A stretch of DNA of 64,000 bases from Nemertoderma westbladi (GCA_032718475.1 JAUCBJ010001989.1:4761-68760), one strand, 5' to 3'. Counted from the stretch's first letter, positions 15,428 through 28,696 are shown. Program-made: numbers and translations. The notes: generated by a model from the letters alone, not told the origin.

Positions 15428-18400
15428 AATTTATACAAAATATCCGACAGTTCCAGGCAACAAACAGAACTTACACAAAAGATCCAACAGTTCCAGCCAA
15501 CAAATATAATTTATACAAAATATCCGACAGTTCCATCCAACAACAGAACTTACACAAAAGATCCGACAATTCCAGCCAACAAACAAAACTTACACAAAAT
15601 ATCCGACAGTTCCATCCAACAACAGAACTTACACAAAAGATCCGACAATTCCAGCCAACAAACAGAACTTACACAAAATATCCGACAGGTACAGCCAACA
15701 AACATAATTTATACAAAATATCCGACAGTTCCAGCCAACAAATATAATTTATACAAAATATCCGACAGTTCCATCCAACAACAGAACTTACACAAAAGAT
15801 CCGACAATTCAGGCCAACAAACAGAACTTACACAAAATATCCGACAATTCCAGCCAACAAACAGAACTTACACAAAATATCCGGCAGGTAAAGCCAACAA
15901 ACATAATTTATACAAAATATCCGACAATTCGAGCCAACAAACAGAACTTACACAAAATATTCGACAGTTCCAGCCAACAAACAAAACTTACACAAAATAT
16001 CCGACAGTTCCAGGCAACAAACAGAACTTACACAAAATATCCGGCAGGTAAAGCCAACAAACATAATTTATACAAAATATCCGACAATTCGAGCCAACAA
16101 ACAGAACTTACACAAAATATCCAACAGTTCCAGCCAACAAATATAATTTATACAAAATATCCGACAGTTCCATCCAACAACAGAACTTACACAAAAGATC
16201 CGACAATTCCAGCCAACAAACAAAACTTACACAAAATATCCGACAGTTCCATCCAACAACAGAACTTACACAAAAGATCCGACAATTCCAGCCAACAAAC
16301 AGAACTTACACAAAATATCCGACAGGTACAGCCAACAAACATAATTTATACAAAATATCCGACAGTTCCAGCCAACAAATATAATTTATACAAAATATCC
16401 GACAGTTCCATCCAACAACAGAACTTACACAAAAGATCCGACAATTCAGGCCAACAAACAGAACTTACACAAAATATCCGACAATTCCAGCCAACAAACA
16501 GAACTTACACAAAATATCCGGCAGGTAAAGCCAACAAACATAATTTATACAAAATATCCGACAATTCGAGCCAACAAACAGAACTTACACAAAATATTCG
16601 ACAGTTCCAGCCAACAAACAAAACTTACACAAAATATCCGACAGTTCCAGGCAACAAACAAAACTTACCCAAAATATCTGACAGTTCCAGCCAACAAACA
16701 GAACTTACACAAAAGATCCGACAGTTCCAGCCAACAATCAGAACTTACACAAAAGATCCGACAATTCCAGCCAACAAACAGAACTTACACAAAATATCCC
16801 ACAGTTCCAGCCAATAAACATAATTTATAGAAAATATCCGACAGTTCCAGCCAACAAACAGAACTTACACAAAATATGCGACAGTTCCAGTCAACAAACA
16901 GAACTTACACAAAATATGGGACAGTTCCAGGCAACAAACAGAACTTACACAAAATATGGGACAGTTCCAGCCAAAAAACAAAACTTACACAAAATATCCG
17001 ACAGTTCCAGGCAACAAACAAAACTTACCCAAAACATCCGACAGTTCCAGCCAACAAGCAGAACTTACACAAGAGATCCGTCAGTTCCAGCCAACAATCA
17101 GAACTTACACAAAAGATCCGACAATTCCAGCCAACAAACAGAACTTACACAAAATATGGGACAGTTCCAGGCAACAAACAAAACTTACCCAAAACATCCG
17201 ACAGTTCCAGCCAACAAACAGAACTTACACAAAAGATCCGTCAGTTCCAGCCAACAATCAGAACTTACACAAAATATCCGACAATTCGAGCCAACAAACA
17301 GAACATACACAAAATATCCGACAGCTCCAGACAAAAACAGAACTTACACTAAATATCCGACAGTTCCAGCCAACAAACAGAACTTACATAAAATATCCGA
17401 CAGGTCCAGGCAACAAACAGAACTTACACAAAATATCCGACAGGTCCAGCCAACAAACAGAACTTACACAAAATATCCGACAGTTCCAGCCAACAAACAA
17501 AACTTACACAAAATATTCGACAGTTCCAGGCAACAAATAGAACTAACACATAATATCCGACAGTTCCAGGCAACAAATAGAACTTCACAAAATATGCGAC
17601 AGTTCCAGCCAACAAATAGAACTTACACAAAATATCCGACAGTTCCAGGCAACAAATAGAACTAACACAAAATATCCGACAGTTCCAGGCAACAAATAGA
17701 ACTTCACAAAATATGCGACAGTTCCAGCCAACAAATAGAACTTACACAAAATATCCGACAGTTCCAGGCAACAAACAGAACTTAAACAAAAGATTCGACA
17801 ATTCCAGCCAACAAACGGAACTTACACAAAATATCCGACAGTTCCAGCCAAAAATCAGAACTTACACAAAATATCCGACAGTTCCAGACAAAAAAACAGA
17901 ACTTACACAAAATATCCGACAGTTCCAGCCAACAATCAGGACTTACACAAAATATCCGACAATTCGAGCCAACAAACAGAACATACACAAAATATCCGAC
18001 AGTTCCAGACAAAAACAGAACTTACACTAAATATCCGACAGTTCCAGCCAACAAACAGAACTTAAACAAAAGATTCTACAATTCCAGCCAACAAACGGAA
18101 CTTACACAAAATATCCGACAGTTCCAGCCAACAATCAGAACTTACACAAAATATCCGACAGTTCCAGACAAAAAAACAGAACTTACACAAAATATCCGAC
18201 AGTTCCAGCCAACAATCAGAACTTACACAAAATATCCGACAATTCGAGCCAACAAACAGAACATACACAAAATATCCGACAGTTCCAGACAAAAACAGAA
18301 CTTACACTAAATATCCGACAGTTCCAGCCAACAAACATAACTTAAACAAAAGATTCTACAATTCCAGCCAACAAACAGAACTTACACAAAATATCCGACA

Positions 18401-21014
18401 GTTCCAGCCAACAATCAGAACTTAAACCAAATATCCGACAGTCTAGATAAAAAACAGAACTTACACAAAATATCCGACAGTTCCAGCCAACAATCAGAAC
18501 TTACACAAAATATCCGACAGTTCCAGCCAACAAATATAATTTATACAAAATATCCGACAGTTCCATCCAACAACAGAACTTACACAAAATATCCGACAGT
18601 TCCAGTCAACAATCAGAACTTACACAAAATATCCGACAGTCCAGATAAAAAACAGAACTTACATAAAAGATCTGACAATTCCAGCCAACAATCAGAACTT
18701 ACACAAAATATCCGACAGTTCCAGCCAAAAACATAATTTATACAAAATATGCGACAGTTCCAGCCAACAGATATAACTTACATAGCATATCCGACAATTC
18801 CAGCCAATATACATAAACTTACACAAAATATCCGACAGTTCCAGCCAACAAATAGGACTTACACAAAATATGCGACAGTTCCAGACAGCAGATATAACTT
18901 ACATAGCATATCCGACACTTCACGCCAATAAACATAAACTTACACAAAATATCCGACAGTTCCAGCCAACATATAGGACTTACACAAAATATCCGACAGT
19001 TCCAGCCAATAAACATAAACTTACACAAAATCGACAGTTACAGGCAACAAATAGAACTTACACAAAATATCCGACAGTCCAGACAATAAACATAAACTGA
19101 CACAAAATATCCGACAGTCCAGACAAAACAACAGAACTTACACAAAATATCCCACAGTTCCAGGCAACAAATATAACTTACACAAAATATCCAACAGTTC
19201 CAGGCAACAAATAGGACTTACACAAAATATCCGACAGTCCCAGCCAATAAACATAAACTTACACAAAATCGACAGTTCCAGGCAACAAATAGGACTTCCA
19301 CAAATTATCCGACGGTTCCAGGCAACATATAGAACTTACACAAAATATCCGACAGTTCCAGGCAATAAACATAAACTTACACAAAATCGACAGTTACAGG
19401 CAACAAATAGAACTTACACAAAATATCCGACAGTCCAGACAAAAAAACAGAACTTACACAAAATATCCCACAGTTCCAGGCAACAAATAGAACTTACACA
19501 AAATATCCGACAGTTCCAGCCAACAATAAGAACTTGCACAAAATATCCGACAGTTCCAGCCAACAATAAGAACTTACACAAAATATCCGACAGTCCCAGC
19601 CAACAATAAGAACTTACACAAAATATCCGACAGTTCCAGCCAACAAATAGAACTTACACAAAATATCCGACAGTCCAGACAAAAAAAACAGAACTTACAC
19701 AAAATATCCGACAGTTCCAGCCAACAAATAGAACTTACACAAAATATCCGACAGTTCCAACCAACAAATAGAACTTACACAAAATATCCGACAGTTCCAG
19801 CCAACAATAAGAACTTACACAAAATATCCGACAGTCCCAGCCAACAATAAGAACTTACACAAAATATCCGACAGTTCCAGCCAACAATAAGAACTTACAC
19901 AAAATATCCGACAGTTCCAGCCAACAATAAGAACTTACACAAAATATCAGACAGTTCCAGCCAACAAATAGAACTTACACAAAATATCCGACAGTCCCAG
20001 CCAACAAATAGAACTTACACAAAATATCCGACAGTCCCAGCCAACAATAAGAACTTACACAAAATATCCGACAGTCCCAGCCAACAATAAGAACTTACAC
20101 AAAATATCCGACAGTCCCAGCCAACAAATAGAACTTACACAAAATATCCGACAGTCCCAGCCAACAATAAGAACTTACACAAAATATCCGACAGTTCCAG
20201 CCAACGATAAGTACTTACACAAAATATCCGACAGTTCCAGCCAACAATAAGAACTTACACAAAATATCCGACAGTCCCAGGCAACAATAAGAAGTTACAC
20301 AAAATATCCGACAGTTCCAGCCAACAAATAGAACTTACACAAAATATCCGACAGTCCAGACAAAAAACAGAACTTACACAAAATATCCGACAGTTCCAGC
20401 CAACAAATAGAACTTACACAAAATATCCGACAGTTCCAACCAACAAATAGAACTTACACAAAATATCCGACAGTTCCAGCCAACAATAAGAACTTACACA
20501 AAATATCCGACAGTCCCAGCCAACAATAAGAACTTACACAAAATATCCGACAGTTCCAGCCAACAAATAGAACTTACACAAAATATCCGACAGTCCAGAC
20601 AAAAAAACAGAACTTACACAAAATATCCGACAGTTCCAGCCAACAAATAGAACTTACACAAAATATCCGACAGTTCCAGGCAACAAATAGTACTTACACA
20701 AAATATCCGACAGTCCCAGCAAACAAATAGAACTTACACAAAATATCCGACAGTTCCAGGCAACAAATAGAACTTACACAAAATATCCGACAGTTCCAGG
20801 CAACAAATAGTACTTACACAAAATATCCGACAGTCCCAGCAAACAAATAGAACTTACACAAAATATCCGACAGTTCCAGGCAACAAATAGGACTTACACA
20901 AAATATCCGACAGTCCCAGCCAACAAATAGGACTTACACAAAATATCCGACAGTTCCAGCAAACAAATAGAACTTACACAAAATATCCGACAGTCCCAGC
21001 TAACAACCGACAGT
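15428..21014. repeat. 40-bp satellite array, right part
   Basis: Same monomer; ends abruptly at ~21014. Confidence 0.98.
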
Positions 21015-21814
21015 ATTTGTCTCGGTCCGTAATCTTCCGATAATCAATAATTGTGGCTTCAGCAGTAAATATATTGCGGAAATTAATTCGTAACAAAGCA
21101 ATCTTTGAATCGATCAAACTATAAAACAGAAGAAATTAAAAATATTAATTTAAATATAAATATAAATATAGAGGGCGGTGCACTCGATTTTCGAATTTTG
21201 ATATATTTTTAAAAATGACCCAATAAAAATTTAAAAAATTTAAAAAATAATATACTTTTTGCGCCAATACACATATATATTTTTGAACAAAAATGCATAC
21301 ATTAGGTCCTATCTTAGATATTTGTATCTCCGCAAAATCAATTAAACAATTAATGACAATTAAATGCTTTCTGCGTCAAATAAATTTCAACCCTTTCGCA
21401 CGTAATTCAAGATTCTATGTGCTCCCCCAAAAACATAAAGTAAAATCACATATATCTAAAGTCTGTCGGTCTTTCTGTCAGTTTGTCTGTCAAGACTTAA
21501 GAAGAATAAAATCTACTATCGTTTGGGGGTTTTAAGGGTTTGTAATTTCATTTCTGATGTCAGTTTTCACGTTTACATAAATCTTGTCTGTCTGTCTGTC
21601 GGTCTGTCTGTCAGTCTGTACTACTGTACAACTTGGTTGGCATTACGCCATATACCTAACACTAATAATACTGTCTACAAAGTGCAGAAGTAGTAGAACG
21701 ACATCCAGACTCGATAATACCTACTGTAACATTTGCCTAAATGCGCTAAAAACAGCAATATAGTAATAGTTAAGCACATAATATGATCTACAAACCCATA
21801 GAGTTAAATACAAA

Positions 21815-21892
21815 CCCGTGACGCATACGCCGGCGTCATAGTGCATATGGTGGAGACGCATATACGCCTGTATCATAGGTCCGAACGGTTAA
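21815..21892. mobile_element. Possible piggyBac-like terminal fragment
   Basis: Two GACGCATA motifs, ending GGTCCGAACGG|TTAA; no matching opposite end found. Confidence 0.3.
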
Positions 21893-22148
21893 AGTATGGT
21901 TAGAAAGTACTAGCAGTAATTAAATTTACCGGTAAGTTGTTGGGTAAGTTAAACTAATAATGATATCATTACTAATTGGGATCCCAAGAAAAGATTGCTC
22001 CATTTCCTATAGCTCCTACTGTCTCAAAGTAAATCTCAATAAAAAAAACGGCGTCATAAATCTCAAAATATGCAATAAGTTCAGTGTACTATTTATTATA
22101 CTTACAGTATATATTACAATATTAGATTATCTTTAATGAGTCGCAAAC

Positions 22149-22319
22149 CTCTTTATTTGAGCATCAGAAATGAGTGAATATTGATCGTTATTATTTACAA
22201 TGAATATGGCGATAGTCAATGTGGAAGACACCGGTGTGGCATATTGGCATTCAAATATTCGAGTTTCTATACGTTCCACATTCACAATGTATTCTGTACC
22301 GAAAGCCAATTCCAAAGTC
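22149..22319 (-). CDS. Giant cadherin-like gene, exon 20 (C-terminal part of MAD/SEA-like domain 7); 3' boundary uncertain
   Basis: Acceptor tattcctag, phase 2 matches exon 19; (R)TLELAFGTEYIVNVERIETRIFECQYATPVSSTLTIAIFIVNNNDQYSLISDAQIK; ends at a weak donor ag|gtttgc or reads on to TAA at 22133. Confidence 0.75.
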
Positions 22320-22454
22320 CTAGGAATAGAAAAAAAGGGGCGAATAAAAACAAAGTATATTTAATTTATTATTTTATATTTATTCATTCAATATTATATT
22401 CCTCATTGTAATTAAATATATTATTGGCGACTACCTATACTACTAGCAACATAC

Positions 22455-22731
22455 CTTTCTATTTCGAATCGTTTTTGGTAGGAATCAATAGGAGCGATGT
22501 TGGTATGTATTAGTATACTGGTACTATCTCCACTAAGACCAACCACAACCTGGGCGGGTTCACTTTCTTTGCCCGTATCATCAGTGGCCACTGCTTCTAT
22601 GACATATACTGCACCCTCGTCACTGCTTTGGAACGCTTTCACATTTCTTATCAACCCAGTTTCATACATAATTTCAAATGGTGCTGTATTTGGGTTGTTT
22701 AGAGTGTAGAATATATTATTTGCTCGGGGCA
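22455..22731 (-). CDS. Giant cadherin-like gene, exon 19 (cadherin repeat and start of MAD-like domain)
   Basis: cttcttag|..|gtatgt, phase 1 to 2; NIFYTL..FEIMYETGLI..YVIEAVATDDTGKESEPAQVVV. Confidence 0.9.
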
Positions 22732-22995
22732 CTAAGAAGATAAAATGTAGTATTAGACAAAATATTCTAATAAACTACATATACGTTCGCAGAACACTTT
22801 ATACATGTCGTTTGTAGGCTCTATCTATATCTTACTGTATTTTGCCCAGATTATAATAATTTTGTTGGTAGGCTTAGGGTATTTCGAGCGCCATATTCAT
22901 TTATCAATCAATCCATATAAATTGAAATATTTGAAATTAACTTTAAAACTATTTAGTTCAGTTTATATGAATAACACAATACATGGTTCGATGCA

Positions 22996-23825
22996 ACTAC
23001 TACTACGATCGGCATGCTGCATTGCAGCTGCATTATATATATCTTACATATATATTAAGAAGGCTGTGCCGACTTGTCGACGAAATTGCGCCGCCACAAC
23101 TCCCTATCACCCATGACATTTGCTAGATCATCCGCATATTCATGGCCAGTGTCTTTAAAGATGCGTCTCAAGAACGTTATGGGCTGTCCACCAAGCTTAC
23201 TCGCTCCATGAGGGCGCCAAAGCACGAGATTATGCACTGGCTGGTCATCACGGCGAAAGCAATGTCCTGCAAAGCGGGGGCGGTGCCGTTCAAGTGTCAA
23301 GCTATGGGAGATTAATGGAACTCCTCCAATTTTGTATAGAGTCTGATTGGAGATGTGTTCATTGTACTTCACAAAATGAACACGGCGCAACGTTCTTGTG
23401 AATGTGCCATCCAGAGATTTGGTATCCTCTGCAGTTAGAGCCCAGCAGCATGGACTCCCATATAAGAGAACTGGTACTACTACTACCATAAATAATCGAA
23501 CCTTAAGGTTCCGTTGTATTCTATGGGACTTCCAAATCCTAGACAGACTATTTAACGCTGCCCATGCCTTCCCCTTACGTATCCGAAGGTCTTCACCTGA
23601 CTTTCTGATCCATGATCCCAAGTAGCAGAAGTCATCCACGTGCTCAGCAAGCCGTCCCTAGAGCTTATGGCCTTACGATCAGACATTTATTGAGGGCTGT
23701 CAAGGTTCACTGTCATACTTTTGGTCTTCTTGGAGATTACAAAAAGACAAACACTAGAAGCAACCTCGTCCAATGAGCAGAGGAGCCTTTGGGCTCCCTC
23801 TAGTGATTCTAACAGTACCCCTAAG
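22996..23825 (-). mobile_element. Degenerate 5'-truncated RTE-like LINE, same family as 37213-38420
   Basis: DDFCYLGSWIRKSGEDLRIRKGKAWAAL..RFAGHC; shared 3' end GATCGGCATGCTGCATTGCAGCTGCA (+ strand) and (TAG)n tail; indels upstream. Confidence 0.9.
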
Positions 23826-23936
23826 TGGTACTGTCAGTAGTAACCTAAATAATACCCTAGACAATGATTTTTCGTCAATAGACTCACCCCACCCCCCCCC
23901 CCCCCCCCCCGTATTAGAATTGTGTTTCTTACTCAC

Positions 23937-24098
23937 CCAACAAATCAGAATCAACCGCTGATAAACGGATTACGCTGCTGTAGGCTGGCGACATTATCTG
24001 CATGGAACCAACGTAGGGAATATTTTCAGCTGGAAATACTGGCGGTGCGTCATCCACATTGGTAACTATGACAACCAATTGAGCGACATCGCGTACCA
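23937..24098 (-). CDS. Giant cadherin-like gene, exon 18 (cadherin linker); absent from the ORF track
   Basis: cccatcag|..|gtgagt, phase 1 to 1; VRDVAQLVVIVTNVDDAPPVFPAENIPYVGSMQIMSPAYSSVIRLSAVDSDLL contains NVDDxPPVF and AxDxD motifs. Confidence 0.92.
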
Positions 24099-24807
24099 CT
24101 GATGGGAATAAAATAATGTTATATAAGTTATAAGTTATAAATATTAATTATTAATTTTCAATATTTAATTTAATAAGTCTGGCAGTTCGTTTCCAGCTAC
24201 TCATTTTAACTATCGTATACGTAAAATCTTATAATATCGCTTTCTCGCAAATAATTTAACCTTCGGGTATAACGCCCCCTAGCGGTGTCCTGGATAACCG
24301 CCTAGTGATAAACGTTCTCATAAAAAGGCAACCAATGCTGCAGTACATATCTGCTAAATTTTAGTTTGAAAAGTCTGAGTCTGATTGTGTAATTTCTGGA
24401 GCGGTTTTGCCACTCCAGCTAACCGAAATAATTGCCCAAATGAATGTAAAATACACAGTATAACAATAACAAAATAGCCCAAATTTATTACATATTACGC
24501 ATTCACGCAAACATTAAATTATAAACGCGTGAAACAAGGCTCAAGATAGCGACGGTTCATGCCCCCCTACGGATTTCCCAGGACAGTATACAGATGGTCT
24601 GCGTAATGTAAGTACTTGGTTTAGTATCTATTCTGGTGTACCGAAACAGGCCTAAATCCTATGCTGAGTCCAATGGACGCTGCTACTGAATTATGGATAC
24701 TCACATTGACCCGTCATATAAAGTCACCTACCGTAAGTTATACGTACATTATACGCCTCCTGTCCTCCGGGATTATATTATATCGAATTGCAATAATTTT
24801 GTATTAC

Positions 24808-25019
24808 CTGCACCGTCCCGCAGTGCGATAGATAATGAATATTCTTTCCCACTTTCATAATCTAAAGACTTTTTGAGAACAACTTGGTTATTGTCTATAT
24901 GGAATATATTGAAAGGGTTTCCATTGGATATCTCGTAGACGGACCCGGTAGGTGGGTCGGGTAGTTTATCGCCGATCGGTTTGTCAGTGCTAACAGACTC
25001 GGGTACGTGAATCATTCCT
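24808..25019 (-). CDS. Giant cadherin-like gene, exon 17 (cadherin repeat)
   Basis: ttttgcag|..|gtaata, phase 2 to 1; IHVPES..YEISNGNPFNIFHIDNNQVVLKKSLDYESGKEYSLSIALRDG. Confidence 0.92.
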
Positions 25020-25302
25020 CTGCAAAATGTACAAAATTATTATTCTAAGGTCGGGGAAAAAATAGACGGAAAACAAATTATAAAGGTAGTATAAAGGTCT
25101 TACTGTAGTATAAATTTTATAAATTTTATAAAGTTTCTCATGAGAACGGCTGAGCGAATAATAGTTGCTAAAGAAAGAAAATATAAGGGTTTCACATATA
25201 AAGGTAGCATCAAAGAGGGTACACAATTAAGCAACACATATTTTAATTTAGTTTAATTAAATTAATTAAACTAATACGATAATACTAAATGCAATAACGA
25301 CA

Positions 25303-25945
25303 ATGGCCTTAGACCTACAAAAACATCCGATCCCGGCAGTAGCTATATTAAATTCTGCTTCACAAGTTAGGCCTGATGTGTGTAGGTTCTTCTACTGGCT
25401 CAAGTCCTACCTGTCAAAAAGAGGTCAAACTGTAGTCGTTAGCAAAATACAGACTATTGTACAAAAATTAGCCCGTGGTGTCCCGCAAGTTAGTATATTT
25501 GGTCCCCTACTTTTCGTATGCTATGTAAATGATATGATAGATCTCGATTTTCCAACCGGTTTACAGGCCGACGAGAGTGCTCTTATTTTCTCTCATACAG
25601 ATCCTGTCCATATTTCTCGATGGTTAAGTGGAGTACTACAACACTGTGGTGCGTGGTTTGTTTAAGCTATCCTTTCACTACGGTAATACGTAATGTATTT
25701 TTTTTGGATCCAAACGAAAGTAAAAATATGTGAATAAGTTCGAAGACATTTGTGAGTAGTTTGAAGTGGATTAAGCATGGTGAAAAATATTTTCTCGAAA
25801 GTTAACAGTAAACTTAAGTTACTTTTCAGAACTATAAATAGTGTAAATACCGATTTCTCACAAGTTGCTTTGCTCTTCTTTAATACAAAATCATCTAGAA
25901 TATGCCTGCAATTCTTGGTAGGAAGGCTTAACCAAACACCAATGT
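25303..25945 (+). mobile_element. Degraded CR1/L2-type LINE reverse transcriptase fragment
   Basis: WLKSYLSKRGQTV..GVPQVSIFGPLLFVCYVND..ADES; later KVNSKLKLLFR..SLIQNHLEYACNSW with stops and frameshifts. Confidence 0.8.
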
Positions 25946-26194
25946 AAATTCCAATTACGGTTTAAGTGTGATTTATGATATGTACTTCATGCAAATAGAT
26001 ACATATTTTTCTTGGGGTCTGGACAAATTTTAATTAATTTCGTTTTATATCAGTTTTATAGCTTGAATAATAATGTATTTGTAACCAAGTAACATAAAGG
26101 ACCCCCTTGGAAATAAGCTGCAAATATTTAGAGGTAATCCTATAGGTTATGTTGGACAGACAATAGCTACTGTATATACATTGTTTGGTGTATT

Positions 26195-27085
26195 GACCCC
26201 CCCTTTCGTCACAAATCGTCACGAAATGGCTACCCCCCCTACCCCCCTCCCCTATGTCACGTCACACTATATAAAATTAAATGATTACTCTTATAATATT
26301 AGAACAATAAATCTGGAATAAATTTGTCAACTATAAACTATAGCTATAATGCTCCCATGGGCACGACAGGTGGTCTATAATGCTTATAATGGCCATTGGT
26401 CTATCAGCTACTGGGTGTGGGTTCGCAGGGGATTGATAATCAAAAAGGGTTTTGGAACTACCGCTAACTTGAAGGGATATAAGATTTTTAGTAAAACTTT
26501 CGATGCAAAGTAAAGATGACATTCTTTACAAACACAATCTCTAATTTTACCAATTATGGAAGGGCAGTAGAGGTTGTAAGGTAAGATTTTAAGAGACAGG
26601 GGGGAAACTGGACGCAAAACCCGCCTTGGCGAAAATATCCCGCCTCAATGTTAAATTCTCAATTTAGGGAAAGGAGGAGGTTACAGTGGCACGTTATTTT
26701 AACCAAAACAATAAACTAAGCACAATAGAACAGGTTACAGTTTTATTTTTGAGAATAATCAGCTGTTATTTGCGTCCAATTTCCCCTGGAGCGGGATTAA
26801 TATTTATTACGTCCATTCCTCCCCCCCCCCCCCCCCCCCCCACATGGAGTTTTAATGGTTGTCATTGGAAGAGGTAATCGTTTAATAGTAAACACGTTAA
26901 TAGTATACACGTTTAATAAGTATACAAGTATACACGTTATGTATTTAATATACAGTAATTTTATCGGAAACTTATAATGTGACGTCACGATATTGCGGGC
27001 ACCCCCCCTCCCCCTCGTCACAAATCGTCACGAAATACCAAACCTCCTCCTCCCTGTCCAGCGTGACGTCATTTATGGATGACCC
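26195..27085. mobile_element. Truncated DNA transposon relic (Zator- or PIF-like terminus)
   Basis: Right end CGTGACGTCATTTATGGATGACCC; direct repeat TCGTCACAAATCGTCACGAAAT at ~26206 and ~27015; internal degraded minus-strand PYNLYCPS..CVCKECHLYFAS; left end missing. Confidence 0.55.
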
Positions 27086-27279
27086 TTTATTAGACATTAT
27101 AGTCACACGAAAAATGCTAAAATATAAGATATACGAAATTTTGTTTTGATTGTATTTCTATAATGTTTTTTTTGATTGCAGTGAAAAATGAGTTTGCGGA
27201 TCTCATGCGCTTTTGGGGTGCATTATAATATTATTGATTTTCGTCAGTTGAAAGATGATATACCCAGAGATTTACTAAC

Positions 27280-27507
27280 AGGAATATTATTCCATTGGTG
27301 TCTTGTGATACACAAGGTTGGTTCACTGCATCCTTGAACAATGTAATATCGAGTGGTTGTTTGCCAATAACCTTTTCCATACTCTGCACGATATCATCTT
27401 TCCAACCCGGCACGTTTTCTTCAGTCGATGTGAAATGATCCACCAAATTGGTCACCAAGTCGCATGATGTGGCTGTGCAGCTCACCCCGTGCATCAAAAT
27501 CATTACC
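27280..27507 (-). CDS. Giant cadherin-like gene, exon 16 (C-terminal half of MAD-like domain 6)
   Basis: ttttgaag|..|gttagt, phase 2 to 2; VMILMHGVSCTATSCDLV..PCVSQDTNGIIF; joins exon 17 in frame. Confidence 0.8.
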
Positions 27508-27673
27508 CTTCAAAAAATGTGTTTTAATACTAGTTATCTTTATATATAGATACAGCTCCGGTCAGGGTAAAATATTCTAGGACTTAAAATCCAAACATTA
27601 AGTAAACACACCCACATATAAATATATAATACATCATATATATCTTTTATCCTACAATTATTTGAAACACTAC

Positions 27674-27858
27674 CTGGATGGATCTGGTATGTTGCATTCC
27701 GTATCGTAAACTGGAAGTATTCGATCTATGGACATTGATGTGAGCGCGAAATTAGTCTGAAGTATTTCTTCCAGGGCAGTTTGATGGTTCATTACATCAG
27801 TTGGTGTAGCTCCGGACAATTGAAATTGAACTCTGTCAGCTTCAGTAACGACTAAAAT
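27674..27858 (-). CDS. Giant cadherin-like gene, exon 15 (N-terminal half of MAD-like domain 6)
   Basis: tttgcatag|..|gtagtg, phase 0 to 2; ILVVTEADRVQFQLSGATPTDVMNHQTALEEILQTNFALTSMSIDRILPVYDTECNIPDPS. Confidence 0.88.
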
Positions 27859-28054
27859 CTATGCAAAAAAGAAAATGCATTAGATATTAGGTACTTCCAT
27901 TTTACTCGCCTTTCTAACATGTGGGGCATAATTTCTAGACAAATCACTTCCAGGCTAATTTATTAGGCATAAATCTGGCGATGGTCTAGTTCGGTTAGAT
28001 TCTCTTGCAATTTACCTGTTTTCTAGAAGAAGGCACTATAACTATGAAAATACG

Positions 28055-28388
28055 TGAGGTGGTCAGTGTGTGTTGTAGAACTATGTGGTGGTCAGTGTAT
28101 GTGGTAGAACTATGTGGTGGTCAGTGTATGTGGTAGAACTATGTGGTGGTCAGTGTGTGTGGTAGAACTATGTGGTGGTCAGTGTGTGTGGTAGAACTAT
28201 GTGGTGGTCAGTGTGTGTGGTAGAACTATGTGGTGGTCAGTGTGTGTGGTAGAACTATGTGGTGGTCAGTGTGTGTGGTAGAACTATGTGGTGGTCAGTG
28301 TGTGTGGTAGAACTATGTGGTGGTCAGTGTGTGTGGTAGAACTATGTGGTGGTCAGTGTGTGTGGTAGAACTATGTGGTGGTCAGTGT
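28055..28388. repeat. 29-bp intronic minisatellite, ~11.5 copies
   Basis: GTGGTGGTCAGTGTGTGTGGTAGAACTAT, near-perfect copies; abuts the exon 14 donor. Confidence 0.97.
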
Positions 28389-28395
28389 TACTTAC

Positions 28396-28587
28396 CCAAA
28401 CTTTTGCGGTGTCCACCTTCTCTGCCTTTTCGTAAAGATCCACATCAAAATTATACGATTTTCCTGAATTATTTTCCATAGAGGTTATTAGATATATATT
28501 TCCATTGACAGGATTCAAACTAAAGGAACTGGATAAAGATGAACCATCAGCTAATTTGTAGGAAACATCGATAGTTGGAGTTGTCAC
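28396..28587 (-). CDS. Giant cadherin-like gene, exon 14 (cadherin repeat)
   Basis: tttatgtag|..|gtaagt, phase 0 to 0; VSYKLADG..FSLNPVNGNIYL..SYNFDVDL..DTAKVW. Confidence 0.92.
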
Positions 28588-28696
28588 CTACATAAAAAAT
28601 ACAGGTATATGGATATCTAGTGTTGTTGAAGAGCAATAACCGCAGATGAGGTTGAAGTAGAACCACTTGGATTTGAACCTGTTAAAACTTAACACC

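Noticed and set aside
954-19100. Dozens of overlapping Q/T/N/K-rich ORFs
   Set aside because: They are translations of the 40-bp satellite: period not a multiple of 3, frequent 1-2 bp indels and scattered stops
1-21014. CRISPR array
   Set aside because: Monomers are contiguous with no unique spacers, there are no cas genes, and the context is eukaryotic
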